A stretch of 64,000 bases of DNA from a virus. The DNA is taken from IMG/VR virus record IMGVR_UViG_3300017783_000003, positions 32,001-96,000 of that record; one strand, 5' to 3'. The translations under genes were made by a program, and so were the position numbers. The notes under the pieces are model-generated. The model was not told the DNA's origin. It ran no database searches and saw only the letters and a program-made list of their open reading frames with translations. This document shows positions 36,076-46,800 of the stretch, piece after piece (position 1 is the first letter of the stretch; each line of letters begins with the position of its first letter).

Positions 36076-37869
36076 ATGCCATACGCACAAGTCTCAAATT
36101 TAGATTTTGATGATATCAAGGTAGCACTCAAAGATTACTTGAGAGCACAGACTGATTTCACTGATTACGATTTTGAAGGATCTACCTGGAGCGTCCTGCT
36201 GGATGTTCTTGCTTACAATACATATTACACAGCATTTAACACTAACTTAGTTGTTAACGAGTTGTTCTTGGACTCTGCGAGTTTAAGAGACAATGTAGTT
36301 TCAATCGCTAAACAACTAGGTTACTCACCTAAGTCTGTAAGCGCCCCTATGGCGTCCATAACCTTCGAGGCTACCTTTGCTACCACATCACCCTCTGTCG
36401 CTGTTCTAAGGGCAGGTAGTGCCTTTACAACGGTCTTTGATGGCACATTATATCAGTATACTATTCTAGATGACGTATCAGCACCTGTATCTAACGGTGT
36501 TGCAACTTTCCAGAACGTTCAGATCTATGAAGGGTCTTTGATCAAAAATTCTTACCTTATTAATACAGCACTTAAGTCTACTCGTTACCTAATCCAAAAT
36601 CAGGGTGTAGACACTTCTAAGTTAAGAGTTAAGGTTTTTCCACAACAAGGATCGACTGCGTTTAATTATTTCAAACCAGCAGCAAATATTTTAGATATTA
36701 ACTCCCAGAGTGATGCATACTTCATCAATGAGATTGAAGATGAGAATTATGAACTTTTCTTTGGTGACGGTATTCTAGGTAAGAAATTAGAAAATGGACA
36801 GTTTGTTGAGGTTCAATACCTCGTTTCTAATGGAGCAGCAACAAATGGAGCAAAAACTTTCGTATTCAATGGTGTAATTGAAGATAAAAATGGAAACCCT
36901 TTCCAGTTAAGCACTACAATCACCTCAGTGACCCCTGCAACAGGCGGAGAGGCGGTTGAAACCATTGATAAGATCAAGTACAACGCTCCACGTTTCTACG
37001 GCACACAGAACCGTGCGGTGACCGCTCAGGACTATGCCGCTATTGTAAGAAATATTTACCCATCGGTTGCAGACATCATCACATATGGTGGTGAGATGGA
37101 GCAACCTCCAGAATACGGCAAAGTTAAGATTGTCGTTAAACCATCTAATAGTGATTTACTGTCTTCGTTTGTTAAAAACGAAATTAAGACAGAATTAAAG
37201 AAATATATGGTTGGATCTGTCATTGCAGACATTATCGACCCCTCTATTTTATATGTTGAGTTAACTTCCAAAATTTTCTATGATGGACAGAAGACTACTC
37301 TAATTGGTGAGGAGATTGTATCTAAAGTTAGATCTACTATTGAAAATTACATTGAAGTCTCTAATACAGAAAAATTCAATGGCAAATTCAGATATAGTAA
37401 GTATGTTGGTGTTATTGACGATGCCGACAGAGCAATCAATTCAAATCAGACTTCAGTCATGATGAGAAAGGATTTTTATCCTTTTATCAATTCTACAACT
37501 TATTACGAAGTTTGTTTTCAAAATGCTTTCTATCAAGATTGTGACGAACCTTCCGTTGTATCTACTGGGTTTAGAATCTCCGAATACCCAGACTATACCG
37601 TATATTTTGAAGATAGGGATGGCAGAATCGTCCTATATAGAATAGATGAATTTAATGGTCTAAAACTAGTATTAAATGATAATGCTGGTTACGTGAAGTA
37701 TGATGAAGGTGAAGTTGTAATAACTGATTTAACTGTTATTAAAGGGTCTTTTGAAGATAATAAAATTTCTATTAGAGTTCGTCCTTTAAGTAATGATATC
37801 AATGCCTTGAGAGAAGTTTATCTGGACGTTGATATGTCCCAAAGTAAGTTCACTGCATACAAAGAGTAA
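36076..37869 (+). CDS. gp6: Baseplate wedge subunit gp6
   Basis: LDFDDIK..DYDFEGS..LLDVLAYNTYY..FLDSASLR; FGDGILGK; QNRAVTAQDY. Confidence 0.93.
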   Translation: MPYAQVSNLDFDDIKVALKDYLRAQTDFTDYDFEGSTWSVLLDVLAYNTYYTAFNTNLVVNELFLDSASLRDNVVSIAKQLGYSPKSVSAPMASITFEATFATTSPSVAVLRAGSAFTTVFDGTLYQYTILDDVSAPVSNGVATFQNVQIYEGSLIKNSYLINTALKSTRYLIQNQGVDTSKLRVKVFPQQGSTAFNYFKPAANILDINSQSDAYFINEIEDENYELFFGDGILGKKLENGQFVEVQYLVSNGAATNGAKTFVFNGVIEDKNGNPFQLSTTITSVTPATGGEAVETIDKIKYNAPRFYGTQNRAVTAQDYAAIVRNIYPSVADIITYGGEMEQPPEYGKVKIVVKPSNSDLLSSFVKNEIKTELKKYMVGSVIADIIDPSILYVELTSKIFYDGQKTTLIGEEIVSKVRSTIENYIEVSNTEKFNGKFRYSKYVGVIDDADRAINSNQTSVMMRKDFYPFINSTTYYEVCFQNAFYQDCDEPSVVSTGFRISEYPDYTVYFEDRDGRIVLYRIDEFNGLKLVLNDNAGYVKYDEGEVVITDLTVIKGSFEDNKISIRVRPLSNDINALREVYLDVDMSQSKFTAYKE

Positions 37870-37874
37870 TCTAA

Positions 37875-40800
37875 ATGGCATCCGTTACGACTAGGAATAT
37901 TTCTACTCTTATTGAGAGTCAGTTACCTGCTTTCATTGCAAGTGAGTACGAAAGTTTTTCTAAATTTGTAGAGAAATATTACGAACATTTAGAAACCAGA
38001 GGTGGACCTCTAGACATCATTACGAATGTCACAAAATATCGTGATATTAACTTCTATGAAAAGAATCTCCTAAAGCAAACCACAAAGGTCACTCAGTTTG
38101 TTCAGGAAGCAGCAACCACTATTACTGTTGAGGATGCATCATCATTTCCAGAAGAGAATGGATATATCAAGATTGGAAACGAAATTTGTTTATATAAAAG
38201 TAGAACTGATACAGAATTCTTAGAAGTTAGTAGAGGCATCAGTGGAAATACCACTCTTGGTGACTTGTATGGAGAGTCTAACTTTGTTACTACCCAGGCA
38301 GAACCTCATTATGTAAACAATGAAGTTTACAATATCAGTAATCTGTTCTTGTATGCTCTGGTAAAGAACTTTGAATCTCAGTATCTTGGAGGATTCCCAG
38401 AAAAGTATCTTAAGGGTGAAGTAGATAAGAGAACCCTGATTAAGAATATCAGTAGTTTCTATAAGTCTAAAGGTACTGATAAGTCTATCAAGTTTATCTT
38501 CAACGCTATTGTAGCGAAAGACGAAGAGGATATCCCCGAGGTATACAATCCTAAGGACTATACTTTAAAAGCATCAACTTCCGACTGGATCAGTAATTAC
38601 AGTCTCAAAGTAAAAATTCTGTTCGGAGACTCGCAAAATCTAGTTGGCAGAAAGATTGTTCAGCGTAATCAAGATAATTATGCTTCTGCCGTAGTAGATG
38701 CCGTAAGATATGGTGGTGCTAACGGTGTATTTGAAGTTATTCTATCACCATCTTCTATTAATGGAAATTTTGATATTGCAGCACAAACAACACTGAAGAC
38801 AGACGTTAACGTTGGTGCTGGAGAGGGAGATAGAGTAGATGTTGGTTCTACTACTGGTTGGACAGGAAAGCAAGGAACATTTGTTATTAACACAGAGAAT
38901 TTCACATTCAATGATAAGAATGTAACTCAATTTATTTTATCAGGCAGATCAAATCCAAATACTACTCACATTGCTGGAACTCCTGTTTATAGTGGCGACA
39001 GTATCACCGCAGAAACAGAGAATGGCATTATCAGTCTTCTTGCACTGGGTCTAGTATATAATATCAACCCAAGTTCTCCACAACCATATTCTACTAGTGG
39101 TGATAAAGTTCAAATCTCTAAACCTGGATTTGAGTCAGTACACCCCGCTATTGATGGTTCGGATTGGTTTGTTAACTATAACTACAGAAAAGCATTCTCT
39201 CCACTAAATTCAGCAATTTCTTCGGTAATTAACAATCTAAATTCTGATGTCTCTGCGATTTATGAAGATGATCAGTATTTTTATATCTGCTCGACTGGAT
39301 ATCCTCATCATGCTATATTAAAAGAAACTTCTCCTGTCAATCTAGTTGACGGTAAACTATTAAAACTTATTAGAAAATATCCTTCTAATACCACAGAAAT
39401 TTACGAAACCTCTAAAAGAGACGTTGCTATATTCCTTGATGGTTCTACGGCATTTGGATATCGTGATAATGACGAAATTGCTGTTGGAAAAATTGTTTCT
39501 ACTAATTTAGTAAACAAAGGTGTTGGATATCAGTCTGCACCTTTTGTACTGATTAACAACGAACCTTACAAGGCAACTGCTATTGTAGCAGGTGAAGTTA
39601 TTCAAAGTATCAGAATTGATGAAGAAGAGGTGTATAATGCCGATCCAGAGATCACTATTACTTCTGGTAGAGGAGCAAAAGTAAAACCAATTGTAACCTC
39701 TGGTGAAATTACAAGCATTATCGTCACGGAACCTGGAGAATATTATTCTTCACCTCCGCAGATTAGAATCTTTGATGCTCTAGGAAAAGGTTCATTTGCG
39801 GAATTTGAAGCAGTATTAACTACAGATGGACGACTTGCCTCATGTAAGAAGATCAATGGCGGACGTTTATACAATAGAAACACCCTAATTGTTGATATTG
39901 TATCTGTTGGTAGTGGTGCTTATGCGGAAGCATCCGTAAAAAGATGGATTAAAGATCGTTACAAATTGCATTTCAGTGAACTTGACGATAACAATGGTCT
40001 TACTGTTGATGAGTATAGCGGAAGAGGTAAGCAATATGCGGTAATTGCCAACCCAGGAAACTTGAGATATCGTCTTGGAGACAATATTAATAATGTATTG
40101 TCCGAAAACCCCGCACCACATACACACTCACCAATTATTGGATGGGCATATGATGGCAATCCAATATATGGACCATATGCTTATTCTAATCCTGGAGACG
40201 CTAATTCCACTATTGCTAGAATGAATAGTGGTTATGTACTACAGAATAACAGAGTTAATGGTCCAGACATCAATCAATATGAAGTCGGAACATTTATTGA
40301 TGATTGGAAGTGGACTCCTTCTGTCAATAGCGGCAAGACTGAATTAGATGCTAACAATGGTAGATTTTGTGTTACCCCCGAGTATCCATCTGGTACATAT
40401 GCATACTTCATAAGTATTGATGCTAACGGAGATCCAAAGTTCCCATATATCTTGGGTTCTAATTTCTACTCTCTACCTGTTGACTCCAACTACAATTCCA
40501 AGATGAGTCAGGATGACCTTCCTAAGAATGTGAGAAGACTTAGATCAGATACTCTGGATGTCAATGGTATTGATACTCTTGCTACTATTGCGGATGTAAT
40601 TAAGGGCAATATTAATAAAGCATATGCAGATGCTTCCGCAGAAACGTTCTCTATTGGTAGTGAACTGTTTGTAGACAATGATGGTTCTGGTGGTTCTGGA
40701 GCAAAAGCATTAGTTTCTGAGGTAACTGGAGAACCAGTTGTCAATTTAGAGTCGATTGATACTAAAGCAACTATCATCGACACAGTAACTTCTGCGTACT

Positions 40801-43800
40801 TTTTCGCAGGCGATACGGTTTATCAGGGAGAAGGTGTAACTCAGACAGAATTGATTACGGACAACCGAGTTGTTACCGCATTTGAATTCTCAAGTTCTCC
40901 TGATGTAAAAGTTGTTAATGACCTTATTCTCCAACCACCCGATGGAGAATTCCGTGTTATCAAAGAAATTGTTTCAGACATTGTTCAAGGTGAGGTTATC
41001 GGTGACGTTGTAAACAACAACAGAGTGGTGCTTAGGAACGTCCAGGGCACGTTTGATTCCACTATTCCTATCTTTGCTGCCATCAAGGTCGTAAACCTGC
41101 TCCTAGAGACAGATGCAACGTACTCTCAGGGTGCAACCTTATCTTTGATCAATGATGAATCAGGATTAACGTTTGCGACAGGTAAAGTTGTAGATGGGAC
41201 ATTTAAACAAAATTCAGTTAAGATCAGAATTCAAACTGGCGATTTCTTCAATGATGAAGGGTATACTGTAAAGAGTGATGTCCTAGAAGATACTTCAAAA
41301 TCTATTGTTATCTCCACATCTTCCCTTAGTGAGAATATCCAAGTGGTTTCCACTAATGATAATGTTGCTATGATTCAGACTATCGGGGAGCATAATCTGG
41401 GTGAAGGTGATAAAGTAAATGTTAATATTTTTCCAGAAGATAACGAAACAACTACAACATATTACGTAAGAAAGAGACTCTACCAAACAGTCAAAATTGA
41501 CTCTATATCTATTTCTTCTAACATTAAAGATACTGGTATTGGTAGATTTGATTTGATGAATAGTGGTTCTGGTTATCAAGAAGGTTCGTACAGTAATGTG
41601 GAACTATATTTTCAAGATCAAACCAAAGTCAGAAGAAATATTGGTAGACCTGGAGATCCCAACAATGCTAGAGCAAACATCACTGTTTATAATCTAGGTG
41701 GTGGATTTGGTCGTGTAAGTTTCATTGAATTAGTAAACAAAGGATCTGATTATAGAAAAGGTGATATTCTTACAGTAGATGACGAAATTTTAAACAGAAG
41801 TCCTGATACCACTTCTTCCCAACGCTTAACGTTATTCGTAGATCACTCTGGTTTTGGCGCAGATGAAACTATTCTGAACGTATCTTCTGCCACAGACATC
41901 TCTAATGAAGATGTATTGAGAATTGGACGAGAGATTGTTAAAGTAACTGCGGTAAATCGTCAAGATAATCAACTAACTGTTATTAGAGGAGAAAATAATA
42001 CTGACGCTATTGATCATTACAACAATCAACCGCTTGAAATTGAAGAGTCTTCTTATAAATTAGATACAAATTATCAACCACTTGGATCTGATATCAACAA
42101 ACCTTATGTTGTTAATTACGACGAATCTACTCGTACTCTAATTACAGCATTCAACTACACTACAGCATCGCCAATTACGTTCCTACAGAGTAGCATTTTC
42201 TTCGATCAAAATGTTCCTTCAAAGTTTGTTCGCATTAAATCTATAGAGGAGTCACAGTATAAACTAGAGTTTAGTACAGATAATATTAACTTCACTGTTA
42301 ATCCACAGATTGAAGTTCAAAAATACTATAATTATGTGTTTGATACTAGTCATCCTTCAATGAACAACACGTTCTTGGATTTTTCTGCTAGTGTAAACTA
42401 TAATCTACTAACTTCCGAAAAATCAGTAAGCACAAATCTTCCTGGAACTGCAGGAGCGTTTGTTTCCTTGAAACTAGGTTTTGGTCCTAATATCAGTACG
42501 AACACTTATGAAAATGAAGTACCTGTCAATTTCAACAATTACTATTACTTTATTAAAGCTTCTGATAATGTAAACACTGATGGTGCTTCTTTAAAAGTTA
42601 TTCAAGATCCTCTTGCAGGTGAGCAAAGGGTTGTTTACTCCACCAGTAATAGATTTGTATATGAACTTTCTTCTATTCCTCAATTTGATGGTACTGGAAA
42701 TGTTTCATATACAACAAGTGGTGCATTTGCTATCGGTAATATTTCTAATATTGGTATTATTGACACGGGATCTAATTATACTGAACTACCTATTTGTAAA
42801 GGTGTACTTCCAACAATAACATATCAAGCAGAAACAGAAACAATTATTGACACATCTAATGGTAGTATTGGTTCTGTACGTGTTATCAATCAAGGTGTTA
42901 ACTATTCAAAACCAATTGCTTTAGTAACTAATGGTGATGGCACTGGAGCAAGGTTTGATTGTCTTATTGAAAATGGAAAAATTAAATCTATCCTCACTCT
43001 TAATGGTGGAAGAGATTACACATTTGCTGAAGTAAAAGTATTTGAATCTGATGTAGACATTTTCTTTACTAGTAATAATATTGGTATTCCTAAAAATGCT
43101 AAGATTATTAGATCTGGATACGGTTATACGTCTGACTATACTACACTACCAAAATTTACTTCTACATTAGTATTAGCACTAAAAGATTTTGGCGATACTG
43201 TGTTTTTCAGTGGAGAAGAAATCAAACAGTATGTAGATGGTGTTGTTGTAGCAAAAGGTAGAGTAACTAAGAACGGATGGAGAATTGGAAGTAACCTTCT
43301 CAAATTAGAAAACGTTGTAGGTATTTTTAGAGAGAATTCTCTTATTGAAGGATTTTATTCTGGAAAGAGTGCAACTATTGTAAAACAGATTGCGACAGAT
43401 TTTACTTCTGATCTTAGAACATATTCTGATAACCTTGGTAGATATAATTCAGAAAGAGGTCACCTTAGTAAGAATTCACAGAAACTAGCAGATTCTTATT
43501 TTTATCAGGATTATTCTTATGTAGTTAGATCTAAGTCTTCTATTGATGTTTGGAGAGACTTAATTAAAGAAACTACTCACCCAGCAGGATTTAAACTGTT
43601 TGGTGAGATGATTATTGAATCTGAGGCACAAAGTGCAATGCCTCAAGAATCTAGAGTTATCGAAACTCATTCATTTATTAATTTAGAACCAAAAAATATC
43701 TCTGTTGTAGATACTAAGAAATTTGTTAAGCAAAGTATTATACTTTCTACTGGTCTCAACATCCAACGTGGTATTGGTTCAGTTTCAGTTGATACTTTTG

Positions 43801-46800
43801 ATACTGGAGAGACTGTTGCTAAAGAATTAATTCTTGACAGACCTTTCAATGGTGATTATAATGAGGATAGTGGCGTTCTTTTTGGAGACACTGTATACAC
43901 TCTAATTGATCCCAGAGAAGGTACAGCATACACTCCATACAGCGAAAACGGTCTTATTGTAACTATCGATGGTGTACTACAAGAACCTGGAGTATCTTTC
44001 ACGATTGATCGTAATAAAATTGTATTCTCAGAACCTCCTCTTGGACTTAGAATTGCAGAGGGTCAGGAAGTTGTAGCACAAAAGTTTTATTGTTTATCAA
44101 TTAAATTTAAAGATAATAAACTTAACGATCAATACATTAGAAAAATTGCAAGTATTAGTGACCAGTTTGATGGATCTAAAACTTTATTCAGTCTATACAA
44201 TGAAGATGGTACTATTGTTAAAACATTACCTAATGAAAAATTAATTGTTACTCTAAATGGCGTTTTACAAAGAGCACGTAAGGATGAAGAAAATCCTTTT
44301 GGTAATTCTTATGCAATTATTAGATCTGTAGATCCAAATAGAACCGATCAAATTCAATTCACCGAACCACCTATTAGTCATGGTGAATTGTATGAAAGCA
44401 CTGATGATATCAATATCGCTGAGAAGTGCTTCATTTATAGTGTAGGTTCTTATACACGTCTTGTAATTGATGAGAAAACTATTAAGTATAGAGGGCAAGG
44501 TCCATTCCTTCTTAGAGATGAAGTTACAAATGATGTCGTTAAAGTTGACAGTCCAGAGTATGCTGTCGTCTTTGTAGACGGTGTTCTACAGATTCCTGGT
44601 AAGTCTTACAATATTGTGGGACCGACCATTACATTTGATGCTCCTTTATCATATTATGAAGAAGAAGATGGAACTTTCTTCCCTCAAAAAGTTGATATTC
44701 TTCTTTTATATGGAAGAGATAAAGAAAAATCTTTAACATTCTTTGATTACGAACCAGACACCTTCCTTGCTGAAGCAACGGTAAAAATTTCTAATGCATT
44801 ATCAGATGCTAGTTCTTCTAGCGATTTGGGTAATTTAGAAAATTGGTTTATTAACAGAGTACCTAATGATGTAAAATTAAATCAAAAAAATGACACTCTT
44901 GGTAAGATCAAGCGTGTAGCATTTGAAGATGAAGTTATTGATGGAACTGCATATAGAACATTATCTCTACTAATTGTTACACCATACTTCTTTGATCTTA
45001 AATATGGATCAGATGATCTAGATTTTTACTTTGACGATCCAAAAACTGGTTCGACAATTATTCTACCAATTGAAAATGGTTTCTTGCCTGGACCTGGAAA
45101 TATTCCTACGCAAGTTAGATCAGTCAGTTTTCAAACCGATTCTGATGGCAATCCTGAACTAGGTTTAGATCTCCCATCATGGTTGAAAGGAACTGAATTA
45201 GGTTATCAAGCATATCTCAATAAGTCTTCACTATATGCCAATCTTAGTATTGGTGACCTAATCCGCATTGATGGTGAAAAAACTTATAGAGAAGTTTTAG
45301 ATCTTCCTGATAAAGTTAAATCTAAACAGTTTAACAAAAATGAATACTTATCTTCGGACATTTATGCAAATATTAAGACTACCAATTATAATGATATTGT
45401 AAGAGGTGCAGGTCTTGCTATCACTGCAGAGATTGATGCCAATGGTTCTGTTACTAAGTTAAATTGGAATCGTAGGGATCTTAACTTATATTTTGAGAAT
45501 GATATTCTCATTCAATCTTCGGCATATCAGTATTTCACTCCACCTATTGTTGAATTCATCCCAACAACCAATGCTGGTGGTGGTGCTAAAGCACAGGTTA
45601 TTGCTACTGGCGGTAACATAATTGATCTCGTCTTACTTGAAGGTGGTTATGGGTATGAAGAAGTACCTAGAGTTCGTGTTGCAAGAGGATTCGATAGAAT
45701 CAAAGGTAATACCAGAACTATTAAGAGTACATCTATTCTTGATATCTCTCCACCAATTTCATTCCCTGCAGATCCAGGTGCTCGCAACTCGTCTAGTGGT
45801 GGTGGCGGAGAAAGTGGTAGAGGAACTGGTACATATCTTGCTACTTACACCGAAGTTGTAATCAGTCAGACAGGTGAAGCGGGTGAGTCTTTATTCATCT
45901 ATGTTGACCTTAGTTCAGTAGTTGGCAACTTAGATACAACCAAACAGATTACTATTATACCAGCAGCAGGAGCAACTACTGTTTCTATGCCATCTGCCAG
46001 CATCAATGAAAGTGAAGTTGCATTTACTGGCATTGAGAAATCTGTCAGTAGCAGTGTTCGGGTCTTCCAACCTGCAGAAATTAACATCTTCACTGATCCA
46101 GTTCCATTCTCTGGTGTTCAGCAGGTTGAAAGCACGGCAACTGTAAGTGATGTTTCAACACAAATCACCACTACTTTACCCGCTACAGTTATTACTGAAG
46201 CAGTTTATCAAGTAGACACAGCATCTATTAATGATGTTGGAGCATTCTTGGATGCACCCGTCGAGATCGATGATACAATCATCTTTGTACCAAATACTAG
46301 AAGGTTCCCTCAAGCAAGTAGACTTCTTATTGGTAAAGAGATTGTTACTTACACAAAGACTAAGCAAGACAGATTCATGTATGTCGAAAGAGGAACTTTC
46401 GGCACTACAGCAGAATTCCATAATGCAGGTGATTATCTCAGACATCTACCAGAACTCATCAGTGTTATTCCTATTGGTAATATTGAAGTCTTTACTATCG
46501 AGACTTCTGTTCGTGTCCAGGAAAGTCATACTCAAGCAACAACAGTTACCGCTACAAGTTTTTCGGATGTTAAGTCTGTAAGCGAACTTGAGTTTACAAC
46601 TCAGATTGAGCGTGAAACTCAAATTGAAGAGAAATATGAAGGATTCTTCGTATCAGAAGAAGTTATTGTTATTCCTCCTGAATTTATTACTCCTACTATT
46701 ACTACTATTCATAATAGTAAGAGTGAAGTTAAGTCGGTTATTCCTCCTGCTGGCATTGAAGGTGCGGTATCTTCTGGTGTAGTCACCTTAGAAGATACTA